A stretch of DNA of 64,000 nucleotides from Thermoleophilaceae bacterium (lineage in GTDB: Bacteria; Actinomycetota; Thermoleophilia; Solirubrobacterales; Thermoleophilaceae). The stretch lies in contig DASXAA010000219.1 in NCBI GenBank assembly GCA_036407035.1, positions 5,459-69,458 on the forward strand, in the 5' to 3' direction. Positions 1 through 9,902 of this stretch are shown piece after piece. Under the pieces are notes generated by a model. That model was given only the letters and a program-made list of their open reading frames with translations. It did no database searches and was not told where the DNA came from. How positions within the stretch are numbered: position 1 is the stretch's first letter; every line of letters begins with the position of its first letter. The translations under genes and the position numbers were made by a program.

Positions 1-719
1 CCGTCGAGCAGCGGCCTGACCTGCTCGTACTCCTGGATCGCCCGCTCGTAGTCCTCGTGGCGGCCGATGTCGAGCCAGAAGCCGTCGAACAGGTATGAGC
101 CGATCGGCTCGCCGGCGTCGAGGAGGCGCTGCACCAGCTCGGGCAGGTCGAGGTAGGCGCCGGGCTTGACGTAGCCGAGCGCGCCCGGGTGGAAGCCGTA
201 CACGCCCATGCTGACGACGTAGCGGAGCTCCGGCTTCTCCTCGAACGCGACGATCCGGTGGGTGTCCCCGGCCCGGTCGCCGTGGTGGAGCACGCCGTAG
301 TCGATCTTCACGACGCGCCGGTGCGAGGCGATCGTCAGCAGGTTGCCCGACCCCGCGTGCGCCCGCATCAGGTCCCCGTAGTCGAGCGAGGTGAGCACGT
401 CGCCGTTCATGACGAGGAAGGGCTCGTCGAGGTGGTCGATCGAGGCGAGCGCGCCGACGGTGCCGAGCGGCTCCTCCTCCTCGAAGTAGTCGATCGCGAG
501 GCCGTGGCGCGAGCCGTCGCCCATCACGGCGGTGACCAGATGCGACAGATAGCCGACCGCCAGGGTCACGCGCTCGAAGCCGGCGGCCGCCAGCTGGCGC
601 ATCACGACGTCGAGGATCGCGCGGTCGCCGATCGGAAGCAGCGGCTTCGGGAGGACGGTGGTGTACGGGCCGAGCCGCGATCCCTTCCCCCCCGCGAGGA
701 TGACGGCGCGCTTCGTCAC
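1..719 (-). CDS. sugar-phosphate nucleotidyltransferase (NTP_transferase family), 3' end outside window
   Basis: Not in the ORF track because it runs off the window edge. Reverse-strand translation from GTG at 719 reads VTKRAVILAGGKGSRLGPYTTVLPKPLLPIGDRAILDVVMRQL...EEEPLGTVGAL...MNGDVLT. This is the GxGxRL nucleotide-binding signature of RmlA/GalU/ManC-type enzymes. Codon position 3 is almost uniformly G/C. Confidence 0.8.
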   Translation of the reverse strand, partial: MTKRAVILAGGKGSRLGPYTTVLPKPLLPIGDRAILDVVMRQLAAAGFERVTLAVGYLSHLVTAVMGDGSRHGLAIDYFEEEEPLGTVGALASIDHLDEPFLVMNGDVLTSLDYGDLMRAHAGSGNLLTIASHRRVVKIDYGVLHHGDRAGDTHRIVAFEEKPELRYVVSMGVYGFHPGALGYVKPGAYLDLPELVQRLLDAGEPIGSYLFDGFWLDIGRHEDYERAIQEYEQVRPLLD

Positions 720-756
720 TCCTAGAAAGGATGCCACGCCGGGAGGCGACGTATGC

Positions 757-909
757 TTGACGGCGGTGCGCCGGATTGCGCTGAAGGTCCTCTACTGGCT
801 CGCCGTCCTGGCGGTCTCGATCGTGCTGCTGTTCCTGTTGCTGGCGTTCTTCGAGTCGCGCGACGCATCGGACGTGGACAACGGCGCGGCGCCCGCTCTG
901 CGGCTCTAG
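757..909 (+). CDS. small single-pass membrane protein (hypothetical, about 50 aa)
   Basis: Same frame as track ORF 658..909. After GGGAGG at 741-746, a TTG (757) or GTG (766) opens ...RRIALKVLYWLAVLAVSIVLLFLLLAFFESRDASDVDNGAAPALRL, which has one clear TM helix. Almost every third codon position is G/C, unlike the overlapping frame of ORF 753..1328. Confidence 0.45.
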   Translation: MTAVRRIALKVLYWLAVLAVSIVLLFLLLAFFESRDASDVDNGAAPALRL

Positions 910-1535
910 GTGCCCCGCACCTTCGGCGGCCCGCGCTTGACGAGGCGGGCGAACGCGACGATCCGCTGCGCCGCCGAGTAGAGCGGGTGGCACGCGCTCA
1001 GCACGAGCCTGTCGTAGCGGACCTTGCGCGTGATCCAGAGCGCGCTGTCGTCAACGACCTGCGTCCTCTGCACGCGGTACCTGAAGCTGCCCCAGGGCAT
1101 CTCCAGCACGATCAGGTTGCCGCGCTTCAGCTCGTCGAGCCTGCGGAAGGGCGCGCCGTAGGTGGTGCGGTGGCCGGCGATCGCCACCGTGCCGCGCTGT
1201 CCCGGCAGCGGCGTGTCCGGATAGTGGCCGGGACCCTTGCGCAGGTTCTCCGTGTCGGTGCCCTCGACCACGAACTTGGACACGTCGATCGCCGGGATCA
1301 GGATCTTGCCGATCGCATCCCCGGGTAGCGGCTGCTTGCGGATGACCCGCGGCGGGGGCTCTGCGAGGGAGTGCTCCAGGTGCACCTGCTTGCGCTCCTG
1401 GACGTAGGCGGAGACCGGCTCCTGCCACAGCAGGGTGACGGCCGCGTCCCCGATCAGGAGCGCGCCGCTGACCATCAATACCGAGGCCACGAAGCGAAGT
1501 ACCGCGCGCACCGGGCCCGTACGCGTGTTCGTCAC
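906..1535 (-). CDS. sortase family transpeptidase (class E/D-like)
   Basis: 209 aa with an N-terminal TM anchor (AVLRFVASVLMVSGALLIG). Sortase core follows: GHYPDTPLPGQRGTVAIAGHRTTYGAPFRRLDELKRGNLIVLE, with the catalytic Cys region RLVLSACHP. GTG start. Confidence 0.8.
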   Translation of the reverse strand: MTNTRTGPVRAVLRFVASVLMVSGALLIGDAAVTLLWQEPVSAYVQERKQVHLEHSLAEPPPRVIRKQPLPGDAIGKILIPAIDVSKFVVEGTDTENLRKGPGHYPDTPLPGQRGTVAIAGHRTTYGAPFRRLDELKRGNLIVLEMPWGSFRYRVQRTQVVDDSALWITRKVRYDRLVLSACHPLYSAAQRIVAFARLVKRGPPKVRGT

Positions 1536-1611
1536 AGTGACCCTCAGTGTAGGCAGGTGTAGATAGGCTTTGCGCCCCTCGACCCGAATCTAAAGGGAGG
1601 CTCAAACACCC

Positions 1612-3420
1612 GTGACCCAAGCGACCAGCGCGCCGACGACCAACAAGAAGCTCCTCTCGTGGGTAGAGGAGGTCGCGGCACTGACAGAGCCAGACTCGGT
1701 CCACTGGTGCGACGGGTCCGCAGCGGAGTACGAGGAGCTGTGCCGCCGCCTTGTCGACGCCGGCACCTTCGAGAAGCTCGACGAGGCCAAGCGCCCCAAC
1801 TCCTACCTGGGGCGGTCGGACCCCGGCGACGTCGCCCGCGTGGAGGACCGCACGTTCATCTGCTCGGAGCGCGAGGAGGACGCCGGGCCGACCAACAACT
1901 GGCGCGATCCCGAGGAGATGCGCGGGACGCTCACCGAGCTGTTCCGCGGCTCGATGCGCGGCCGCGTGATGTACGTGGCGCCGTTCTCGATGGGCCCGCT
2001 CGGCTCGCGGATCGCCGAGATCGGGGTGGAGCTGACCGACTCGTCCTACGTCGCCGCCTCCATGCGCATCATGACCCGCATGGGCGCCGGGGCGCTCGAC
2101 GTGCTCGGCGAGACCGGCGAGTTCGTGCCGTGCCTGCACTCGGTCGGCATGCCGCTGGGCGAGGGTGTCGAGGACGTGCCGTGGCCGTGCGATGCCGACA
2201 ACAAGTACATCGTGCACTTCCCCGAGACGCGCGAGATCTGGTCGTACGGCTCGGGCTACGGCGGCAACGCCCTACTCGGCAAGAAGTGCCTGGCGCTGCG
2301 GATCGCCTCGGCCATCGCCCGCGACGAGGGCTGGATGGCCGAGCACATGCTGATCCTCAAGCTGACCTCGCCCGAGGGGAAGGTCAAGCACGTGGCGGGC
2401 GCCTTCCCGTCCGCGTGCGGCAAGACGAACCTGGCGATGCTGATCCCGACGCTCGAGGGCTGGAAGGTCGAGACGATCGGCGACGACATCGCCTGGATGA
2501 AGTTCGGCGACGACGGCCGCCTCTACGCCATCAACCCTGAGGCCGGGTTCTTCGGGGTGGCGCCCGGGACCGGCGAGAGGACGAACCCGAACGCGATGGC
2601 CATGGTCGCCGAGAACACGATCTTCACGAACTGTGCGCGGACGGACGACGGCGACGTGTGGTGGGAGGGGATGACCGAGGCGCCGCCGGCGCACACGATC
2701 GACTGGCTCGGAGGCGACTGGACGCCCGACTCGGACGAGCCGGCCGCCCATCCGAACGCGCGCTTCACGGTGGCGGCCGCGCAGTGTCCGTCGATCGCCC
2801 CCGAGTGGGAGGACCCGAAGGGGGTGCCGATCGACGCGTTCCTGTTCGGCGGCCGTCGCTCGACCGTCGTCCCGCTCGTCCACGAGGCGTACGACTGGAA
2901 GCACGGCGTGTTCCTCGGGTCGATCATGGGCTCGGAGACCACCGCCGCGACCGCGGGCGAGGTGGGCAAGCTGCGCTTCGACCCGATGGCGATGCTGCCG
3001 TTCTGCGGCTACCACATGGGCGACTACTTCGCCCACTGGCTGCGGATCGGCGAGGAGCACGACGAGTCGAAGCTGCCCAGGATGTTCATGGTCAACTGGT
3101 TCCGCAAGGGCGGCGACGGCAAGTACCTCTGGCCGGGCTTCGGCGAGAACAGCCGCGTGCTGGCGTGGGTCTTCCGCCGCTGCGACGACGAGGCCGACGT
3201 GTTGGACACGCCGATCGGCCGGGTGCCGACGCCCGAGGCGATCGACACCGACGGGCTCGACGTGTCGCGGGCGGCGATGGAGCAGCTGCTCGAGGTCGAT
3301 CCGGGCCTGTGGAAGGCCCAGCTGCCGCAGGTGCACGAGCACTTCGCGCAGTTCGGCGACAAGCTGCCGGACGAGCTCGCCCGCCAGCTCCGGCTGCTCG
3401 AGGAGCGCCTGAACGACTAG
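1612..3420 (+). CDS. pckG: phosphoenolpyruvate carboxykinase (GTP)
   Basis: 602 aa with full-length GTP-PEPCK motifs: [40 protein letters not shown] and [18 protein letters not shown]. The GTG start is preceded by AAAGGGAGG. Confidence 0.95.
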   Translation: MTQATSAPTTNKKLLSWVEEVAALTEPDSVHWCDGSAAEYEELCRRLVDAGTFEKLDEAKRPNSYLGRSDPGDVARVEDRTFICSEREEDAGPTNNWRDPEEMRGTLTELFRGSMRGRVMYVAPFSMGPLGSRIAEIGVELTDSSYVAASMRIMTRMGAGALDVLGETGEFVPCLHSVGMPLGEGVEDVPWPCDADNKYIVHFPETREIWSYGSGYGGNALLGKKCLALRIASAIARDEGWMAEHMLILKLTSPEGKVKHVAGAFPSACGKTNLAMLIPTLEGWKVETIGDDIAWMKFGDDGRLYAINPEAGFFGVAPGTGERTNPNAMAMVAENTIFTNCARTDDGDVWWEGMTEAPPAHTIDWLGGDWTPDSDEPAAHPNARFTVAAAQCPSIAPEWEDPKGVPIDAFLFGGRRSTVVPLVHEAYDWKHGVFLGSIMGSETTAATAGEVGKLRFDPMAMLPFCGYHMGDYFAHWLRIGEEHDESKLPRMFMVNWFRKGGDGKYLWPGFGENSRVLAWVFRRCDDEADVLDTPIGRVPTPEAIDTDGLDVSRAAMEQLLEVDPGLWKAQLPQVHEHFAQFGDKLPDELARQLRLLEERLND

Positions 3421-3466
3421 CGCGCTCGTAGACGTAGGGATACCCACCCACGGGCGGCCGCGGTAC

Positions 3467-4411
3467 GTGGTCGAGGCGGTCGAGTCCGTGCTCGCCCAGA
3501 GCCTCGGCGAGTGGCGGCTGCTTGTGCACGAGGACGGCGCCGGCGACCCGGCCGTCGCGGCTGCGCTCGCCCCGTACCTGGAGGACGGGCGCGTGTCCCA
3601 CGCCGCCTCGGGGCAGCGGATCGGCGCCGCGCGCAGCATGAGCCGGCTGGTCGCGGCCGGCGACGCGCCCTACGTCGCGATCCTCCACGACGACGACCGC
3701 TGGCATCCCGGGTTCCTCGAGCGGCGCGTGCGCTTCCTCGACGCCCATCCGGAGTGCGGCATGGCGTTCTCCGAGCACCTGGACATCGACCGCGACGGCA
3801 GCCCGACCGGGCGCTCCGTGCCGAAGCTCGATGAGGGTCTTCAGCCACACGAGGAGTTCGCGCGCCGGATGCTCGCCGAGAACCTCGTCGCGACGCCCAC
3901 CGTCGTGGTGCGGCGCAGCGCGTACGAGGCGGTCGGTCCCGCGTTCGACGAGGGCTTTCCCACCCTCTACGACTGGGAGATGATGCTGCGCCTGGCGCAG
4001 GGCTTCCCGGCCGGCTACCTGCGCGTGTGGGACGCCGAGTACCGCACCCACGGCGTGCAGACCTCGGCCGCGGGCGACCGCGGCCGCGAGTTCCTGCGGC
4101 TGTACGAGCACGCGGAGTCGATGGCCCGCCGCGCCGGCCCCGCCCTGCTGCCGCCCGAGGAGGAGCGCCGGCGGCTCCGCGCCGGCTACCTGCTGTCAGC
4201 CGCGCTCGACGACGTGGGCGACGGACGGCGACGCGAGGCGGCGCGCCGCGTCCGCGCGGCGCTGCGGGCGTACCCGCGCTCGGCCCTCACGCGGCGCTTC
4301 GCGGCCGCCGCCCTGGGGGTCGTGCTACCCGCGGCGGGCAGGCGCGCGATCGCCTCGTTGCGCGCGACGCTCTACCAGCGCCGGGGGCGCCCGGCGTCGC
4401 CCCTGCCGTAG
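3467..4411 (+). CDS. glycosyltransferase family 2 (N-terminus problematic, see findings)
   Basis: VVEAVESVLAQSLGEWRLLVHEDGAGD...ILHDDDRWHP matches the GT2 (GT-A) N-terminal half, including the DxD-like DDD. The first canonical start is GTG 3467. The conserved first beta-strand (VDVGIPTHGRPRY) is encoded in frame upstream at 3428-3466 with no canonical start. Confidence 0.75.
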   Translation: MVEAVESVLAQSLGEWRLLVHEDGAGDPAVAAALAPYLEDGRVSHAASGQRIGAARSMSRLVAAGDAPYVAILHDDDRWHPGFLERRVRFLDAHPECGMAFSEHLDIDRDGSPTGRSVPKLDEGLQPHEEFARRMLAENLVATPTVVVRRSAYEAVGPAFDEGFPTLYDWEMMLRLAQGFPAGYLRVWDAEYRTHGVQTSAAGDRGREFLRLYEHAESMARRAGPALLPPEEERRRLRAGYLLSAALDDVGDGRRREAARRVRAALRAYPRSALTRRFAAAALGVVLPAAGRRAIASLRATLYQRRGRPASPLP

Positions 4412-6642
4412 TCGCACACGCCCGTCGGGAAGATCTGCTCGAGCCGCGCGACCTGCTCCGCCGACGGCGTCCACGATCCGTACAGCCCGTGCCGGATCGC
4501 GCGCCTCACCGACTGGAGCCGGCACTTGTACACGCCCCCACGGAACGGGCCCCCGGCCACGATGCGGGACGTCGAGTGCAGCGGGAACACCTGCGTGCAG
4601 GCGCCCGGCGCCCGGTGGTCGAGGATGCCGTCCCACACGTGGTCCCCGCGGGCGATCTCCTCGCCCTGGGCCGTGAAGCAGCGGTCGGTCGCGAGCGCCG
4701 GCTTGTTGCCGACGACGCCCCGCCACGGGTGGTGGCGGATGTTCCCCATCCACTCGTCGATCAGCTCGAACGCCTCCGGCGTCAGGTCGGCCTGGAGCCC
4801 GGACGGGCGGGCGTCCGCGAACCAGATCACCTGGTTCCCCGCGTGCCCGTCGTGGTCGAGCATCCGCTGCCGCGAGACGAACGACTGGTGGCTGTTGTGC
4901 ATGTTCAGCTCGTCCTCGAGGTAGTCGCGCTCGTCGATCAGCGGGATGTCCACGTCGCCGTCGAAGTAGAGGCCGTGGCGGTACGCGGCGCGCATCGCGC
5001 CCAGGTCGCCCTCGCGCCGCGGCGCCGGCGTGGCGCCGCCGTCCGGCGACAGCCGCATGTTGCGCGAGCTCCACGGGTCGAAGCCGCCGGTGGGCAGGAA
5101 CGGCTGGCCCTCCTGCACCATGTCCTGCGGGTCCTTCCAGCTGCCGACCTTCGCGTTCAGGTCGAGGAACTCCTGCGGCGTGATGTTGCCGTCGGTCAGC
5201 GCCTTCAGGCCGTACTGCACGCCGACGTTGTCCCAGGTCTGGCGCGCGTAGCCGCTCGGCGCGACGCCGTAGATGTTCCTGAGGTCGTCCCAGTGGGTCC
5301 ACTGGACGCGCGCCATCACGGCCGGGTCCATCCGCTCCGTCCCGGCGCCGGCCGTGCCGAACAGCGGGTTCATCGCCAGCGGCGTCAGCCCGCGCCAGCC
5401 GGCCACGCACTCCGAGTTGCCGGGCGCGCCGCCGCGGTAGGGGTTCGGCACGGTCGCGCTCGAGTTGAGGCCCTCGAGCCACTTGCGGTTGTCCCAGTTC
5501 TGCCACTTCGGGTTGGCGCCGTCCGTGACGTCCATGTAGTACTCGAGCAGCTCGCAGTCGCCCACGTGGATCGTCTGCGTGACCATGTCCGGATACGAGC
5601 GCTGCGGGATGCCCGCGTCGATCAGGCCGGGGTGGTTCTGCCCGTACACGTACTGCTGGATGCCGCCACCCGAGCCGCCGACGCCGACCGTGTAGAGCGG
5701 CACGCCGTAGCGCTCGATGAACTCCTCCTTGGTCATCAGCGCCGTCTCGCCGCCGAGCTCGAGGTTGTAGTGCGTGCTAGTGCGGGTGCCGCTCGAGTGC
5801 ACGATCGCGTAGCCCTTGCTGAGGCCGATGTCGTAGAGCGCGGCGCCTCCCGGCGTGCCCTGGTTGTGGCCGATGGCGACGCCGCCGTCGAAGGTGTAGA
5901 TCAGGCGCTTGTTCCAGAGCGAGGTGTCCGGCTTCGCGGCCGGGTCCTCGCCGAGCGGCGCCAGCATGGCGAACGAGTAGATGAAGCGGTCGATCGTGCC
6001 GCGCTCGCGGCGCACCACGTAGTCGACGGTGCGGCCGTCGAGCAGGGTGGTCTGCGCGAGGTCGGCCGGGCGCGACCCGTCGGCCGGCAGCGGCTTGAAC
6101 GAGCCGTCCGTCGAGCGGTAGAGGTAGTCGACCTTCGTGTTTGCCGAGCAGTCGCGGCTCCAGCCGGCCGTGGTGCCGTCGGGGTTGAGCACGCGGAAGC
6201 CGTCGCCCTCCTGGTTGTCCACGAGCGGCTCGTCGAGGCCGGCCTGGATCGTCTTGCACACGAAGGGCGTCTGGTGCGGCCCCGAGAAGATCGGCCCCGT
6301 GTTCGGGTAGTTCGTGAGGCGCAGGACGTCGGAGGGGTGCCCGTGCCGGCTCGTACTGGCCGTGAGGTAGTTGTCGCCGAGGCGCAGCCCGTCGACCAGG
6401 CCGGTGAGACCGCCGTCGCTCCGGTGGAAGTCGCCGGTCACGTCCTCGCCGCCCAGCCGCAAGCGCACCCTGTCGAGCAGCCAGGGCGGCGCGTTCACGC
6501 GGACGAGCGCGTCGCCGCCGCTGACCTGGTCGGCGCGGCTCGAGAGCACCTTCATCTCCACCCCGTGCGCCTGCGCGGCAGCCGGGGCCACGGCCATTGC
6601 CGCGAGCGCAACCAGGCCCGCGATCCGTCCACTCTTCGGCAT
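4372..6642 (-). CDS. secreted alpha/beta-hydrolase-like protein (tannase/DUF6351-like, family from memory)
   Basis: GGGAGG-N6-ATG at 6642, then the signal peptide MPKSGRIAGLVALAAMAVAPAAAQA. About 750 aa with a GVGGSGGGIQQY nucleophile-elbow-like motif and several Cys pairs. Composition is coding-like throughout. Confidence 0.65.
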   Translation of the reverse strand: MPKSGRIAGLVALAAMAVAPAAAQAHGVEMKVLSSRADQVSGGDALVRVNAPPWLLDRVRLRLGGEDVTGDFHRSDGGLTGLVDGLRLGDNYLTASTSRHGHPSDVLRLTNYPNTGPIFSGPHQTPFVCKTIQAGLDEPLVDNQEGDGFRVLNPDGTTAGWSRDCSANTKVDYLYRSTDGSFKPLPADGSRPADLAQTTLLDGRTVDYVVRRERGTIDRFIYSFAMLAPLGEDPAAKPDTSLWNKRLIYTFDGGVAIGHNQGTPGGAALYDIGLSKGYAIVHSSGTRTSTHYNLELGGETALMTKEEFIERYGVPLYTVGVGGSGGGIQQYVYGQNHPGLIDAGIPQRSYPDMVTQTIHVGDCELLEYYMDVTDGANPKWQNWDNRKWLEGLNSSATVPNPYRGGAPGNSECVAGWRGLTPLAMNPLFGTAGAGTERMDPAVMARVQWTHWDDLRNIYGVAPSGYARQTWDNVGVQYGLKALTDGNITPQEFLDLNAKVGSWKDPQDMVQEGQPFLPTGGFDPWSSRNMRLSPDGGATPAPRREGDLGAMRAAYRHGLYFDGDVDIPLIDERDYLEDELNMHNSHQSFVSRQRMLDHDGHAGNQVIWFADARPSGLQADLTPEAFELIDEWMGNIRHHPWRGVVGNKPALATDRCFTAQGEEIARGDHVWDGILDHRAPGACTQVFPLHSTSRIVAGGPFRGGVYKCRLQSVRRAIRHGLYGSWTPSAEQVARLEQIFPTGVCDYGRGDAGRPRRW

Positions 6643-6674
6643 CCGTACCTCCCTCAAGGCGGCGCCACTCTACC

Positions 6675-7796
6675 TCACACGACGTTGCGCTCCGGGCGCG
6701 CCGCCCGCTCCACGGTCAGCGGCGACACGTCCACGAACGGCTCGCGGCCGAGGTACAGGTCGCGCACGATCTCGCCGACCGCGGGCGCCTGCTGGAAGCC
6801 GTGGCCCGAGAAGCCGGTGGCGTAGAGGAAGCGCGAGGGGCCGGCGGCCTCGCCGATCAGCGCGTTGTGGTCGGGCGACATCTCGTACAGCCCGGACCAG
6901 CCGCCGGCGATCGGGGCTTCCGCGAGGACGGGGGCGCGCCGCGCGATCACCGGCTCGGCGTGCTCGAGCCAGTCGGTCTCGGCCTCGGCGGTCGAGTTCG
7001 TGCCGAACAGCAGGCCGGGCCCCTCGCGGTGGAAGTAGAAGCCGGTGGCGAAGTCGATCGTCATCGGGATGCGCTCGGGCGTCCCGTCGATCGGGCCGGT
7101 GTACGCGATCCGGCGCCGCTCCGCGGTGACCGGCAGGTCCACGCCCGCCATCGCGCCGATCGCGGCCGAGCCGACGCCCGCGGCGCACACGAGGGCCTCG
7201 GTCGCGACGGTGCCGCGGCTCGTCTCGACGGCCGCGATGGCGCCGTCCTCGGTCTGGACGCCCGTCACCTCGCAGCGCGTGGCGATGCTCGCGCCGTGCC
7301 GCCGCGCGCCCGCCGCGTAGCCCTGCACTGTGGCGTCGGGCGTGGCGTGGCCGGCGAGCGGGCAGAAGGCGGCGCCGAGCACGCCGTCGAGGCCCGCGAG
7401 CGGGGAGAGCTCGCCGGCCTCGGCCGTCGCCAGCATCCGGCTCGGCAGGCCCAGCCGGTTCTGCATCGCGACGTCGCGCTCGAACGCGCTCACGTCCTCC
7501 GGGCGGTCGAGCAGGAACAGGTAGCCCACGCGCGCGAGGTCGATCTCGCCGCCGGGGCGCTCCCCGAACTCGCCCCAGCGCTCGAGGCTCCGAACCCCGA
7601 TCGAGACGTTCAGCTCGTCCGAGAACATCGCGCGCACGCCGCCGGCCCCGCGGCCGGTCGAGCCCGAGCCGAGCTCTGCGCGCTCGACCAGCAGCACCCC
7701 CTCGACTCCCGCCTCGGCGAGGTGGAACGCGATGCTCGCGCCGATCACGCCGCCGCCGGCCACGACCACTCCGGCGCGGCTGGGGAGTCCCGACAT
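6675..7796 (-). CDS. FAD-dependent oxidoreductase (DAO / sarcosine oxidase beta-like)
   Basis: From ATG 7796: MSGLPSRAGVVVAGGGVIGASIAFHLAEAG (dinucleotide-binding fold). 373 aa, with C-terminal YATGFSGHGFQQAPAVG. The upstream part of track ORF 6675..8156 is S/T/R-rich and overlaps the divergent ALDH, so it is not taken as coding. Confidence 0.85.
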   Translation of the reverse strand: MSGLPSRAGVVVAGGGVIGASIAFHLAEAGVEGVLLVERAELGSGSTGRGAGGVRAMFSDELNVSIGVRSLERWGEFGERPGGEIDLARVGYLFLLDRPEDVSAFERDVAMQNRLGLPSRMLATAEAGELSPLAGLDGVLGAAFCPLAGHATPDATVQGYAAGARRHGASIATRCEVTGVQTEDGAIAAVETSRGTVATEALVCAAGVGSAAIGAMAGVDLPVTAERRRIAYTGPIDGTPERIPMTIDFATGFYFHREGPGLLFGTNSTAEAETDWLEHAEPVIARRAPVLAEAPIAGGWSGLYEMSPDHNALIGEAAGPSRFLYATGFSGHGFQQAPAVGEIVRDLYLGREPFVDVSPLTVERAARPERNVV

Positions 7797-7815
7797 GCCC
7801 GAGTACGCTACGCGC

Positions 7816-9387
7816 ATGAGCGTTACGGGGACCAGCACGAGGACGGTTTCATCGATCATCGCCGGGTCGGAGCGCACGGACGGCGAGCGCGCCGAGTCGC
7901 GCAACCCGGCAAACCTCGACGACGTCGTCTGCGAGGTCGTGCTGGGCGACGCCCGCACGTTCGCGGACGCCTGCGCGGCGGCGCGGGCCGCCCAGCCGGC
8001 GTGGGCGGCCACGCCCGCGCCCGTGCGAGGCAAGGCGATCCAGCGCATCGGGCGGCTGGTCGAGGACAACAAGGAGGCGCTCTCCCGCCTCCTGACGCGG
8101 GAGATCGGCAAGCCGTACGCCGAGTCGCTCGGCGAGGTCCAGGAGGTGATCGACACCTGCGACTTCTTCGTCTCCGAGGGACGCCGGCTCTACGGGATGA
8201 CCGTGCCGAGCGAGCTGCCGGACAAGCAGCTCTTCACGTTCCGCAACCCGGTCGGGGTGGCGGCGATCATCACGGCGGGCAACTTCCCGGTGGCGGTCCC
8301 GTCCTGGTACCTAGTGCCGGCGCTCCTGTGCGGGAACGCGGTCGTCTGGAAGCCGGCCGAGTACGCGCCGGCGCTGGGCGAGGCGCTGACGCAGCTGTTC
8401 GTGCAGGGCGGGCTGCCGGACGGCGTCTTCAACCTGGTGGAGTGCGACGGCCCGTCGGCGTTCGAGGGGCTCGAGCTGGCGCTCGAGCAGAGGCTGGTGG
8501 ACAAGGTCGGGTTCACCGGGTCGTCGGCGGTCGGGGCGAAGATCGGCGAGCTCTGCGGGCGGCACGTCCAGTCGCCGTGCCTCGAGCTGGGCGGCAAGAA
8601 CCCGCTCGTGGTGATGCCGGACGCCGAGCTCGACCTGGCGGTCGAGGGCGCGCTCTTCTCCGGGTTCGGGACCGCCGGCCAGCGCTGCACCTCGCTCGGC
8701 ACAGCGATCGTCCACGAGTCGGTGCACGACGAGTTCGTGCGGCGGCTGTCGGCGGCGGTCGAGTCGGCCCCGATCGGCGACCCGACCCAGGACGTCCTGT
8801 ACGGGCCGATGATCCACGAGCGATTCACCGAGCGCTTCCTCGAGTGGCTCGAGCTGATCCGCGACCACCACTCGGTGTCGGGCTCGACCGGCACCGGCCG
8901 GATCGGCGCCGACAACCCGCGCGAGGGCTTCGTCGGCGACCCGGAGATCGGCATCTACTGCCACCCCACGATCGTCGACGGGGTCACGATCGACGACGAG
9001 ATCTACCGCACGGAGACGTTCGGGCCGATCATCGGCGTCGCTTCGTTCGGCTCGTTCGACGAGGCGATGGAGCTCGCGAACGGCCACGGTTACGGCTTGT
9101 CCTCGGCGATCTACACGAACGATCCGAAGAGCGCGTTCCGCTTCCGCGAGCGGATAACGGCCGGGATGGTGTCGGTGAACAACTCGACATCGGGCGCCGA
9201 GGCGCACCTGCCCTTCGGCGGCAACGGCAAGTCGGGCAACGGCAGCCGCCAGTCCGGGGTCTGGGTGCTCGACCAGTTCACGCGCTGGCAGTCGCTCAAC
9301 TGGGACTACGCCGGCAAGCTGCAGAAGGCGCAGATGGACGTCGCCGAGCTGACCGGCAACCTCGGCTACAGGCTGGCCTGGGACTGA
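7816..9387 (+). CDS. NAD(P)-dependent aldehyde dehydrogenase
   Basis: ALDH motifs are present: FTGSSAVGAKI, LELGGKNP, GQRCTS (catalytic Cys) and ETFGPIIGV. Start chosen at ATG 7816 (MSVTG...). ATG 7795 is an alternative that would overlap the divergent gene start. Confidence 0.9.
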   Translation: MSVTGTSTRTVSSIIAGSERTDGERAESRNPANLDDVVCEVVLGDARTFADACAAARAAQPAWAATPAPVRGKAIQRIGRLVEDNKEALSRLLTREIGKPYAESLGEVQEVIDTCDFFVSEGRRLYGMTVPSELPDKQLFTFRNPVGVAAIITAGNFPVAVPSWYLVPALLCGNAVVWKPAEYAPALGEALTQLFVQGGLPDGVFNLVECDGPSAFEGLELALEQRLVDKVGFTGSSAVGAKIGELCGRHVQSPCLELGGKNPLVVMPDAELDLAVEGALFSGFGTAGQRCTSLGTAIVHESVHDEFVRRLSAAVESAPIGDPTQDVLYGPMIHERFTERFLEWLELIRDHHSVSGSTGTGRIGADNPREGFVGDPEIGIYCHPTIVDGVTIDDEIYRTETFGPIIGVASFGSFDEAMELANGHGYGLSSAIYTNDPKSAFRFRERITAGMVSVNNSTSGAEAHLPFGGNGKSGNGSRQSGVWVLDQFTRWQSLNWDYAGKLQKAQMDVAELTGNLGYRLAWD

Positions 9388-9390
9388 GCG

Positions 9391-9780
9391 ATGGCGGAGC
9401 TCGTCAAGGGAGTCGACTTCGTCACGGTCGCGACCGCCGACTTCGCGCGGGCCGTGGAGTTCTACGGCGACGTGCTGGGGCTGCCGGAGTCGGCGCGCTA
9501 CGGGAAGATGCCCGGGGCCGAGTTCGAGACCGGCAGTCTGACGCTCGCGGTCGTCCAGTCCGAGGCGTTCGGGATGGAGTTCAGGACCACCACCCACCCG
9601 ATCGCGCTACACGTGGACGACGTGGAGGCGGCGCGTGCCGAGCTGGAGTCACGCGGGGTCGAGTTCCGCGCCGACACGCTCGACACGGGCGTGTGCCACA
9701 TGGCGTTCTTCACGGACCCGGACGGGAACGCGCTGATGCTGCACCACCGGTACGCGCCGCGGGCGGAGCGGGAGGGCTGA
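9391..9780 (+). CDS. VOC family protein (glyoxalase/bleomycin resistance/dioxygenase fold)
   Basis: 129 aa: VDFVTVATADFARAVEFYGDVLGL...HVDDVEAARAELESRGVEF...FFTDPDGNALML. This is the typical paired beta-alpha-beta-beta-beta module. Confidence 0.85.
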   Translation: MAELVKGVDFVTVATADFARAVEFYGDVLGLPESARYGKMPGAEFETGSLTLAVVQSEAFGMEFRTTTHPIALHVDDVEAARAELESRGVEFRADTLDTGVCHMAFFTDPDGNALMLHHRYAPRAEREG

Positions 9781-9902
9781 GGCGGGCCGCCGCCGGGCCG
9801 CGCCGGCGGGTTCGGCGAACGACGGGCAACGAGGGGTGGGTCCCCGGCGTCTCCGCGGAAACACCTCGATCATTGGTTGAGGGTTCACGGTCGTGCTGAG
9901 GA

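Noticed and set aside
4027-9899. Very long ORFs in the track (for example 4027..6825 at 932 aa and 6597..9899 at 1100 aa, with similar ones at 1051..2217, 2272..3639, 13497..15680, 17045..20200 upstream part, 23594..25657, 34646..37231, 36148..38436 upstream part and 61038..63719 upstream part).
   Set aside because: They are extreme in Arg/Ala/Gly/Pro, have no recognisable motifs and lie antisense or out of frame to genes with clear family signatures and near-uniform G/C at codon position 3. They are the typical stop-codon-poor shadow ORFs of a high-GC genome.
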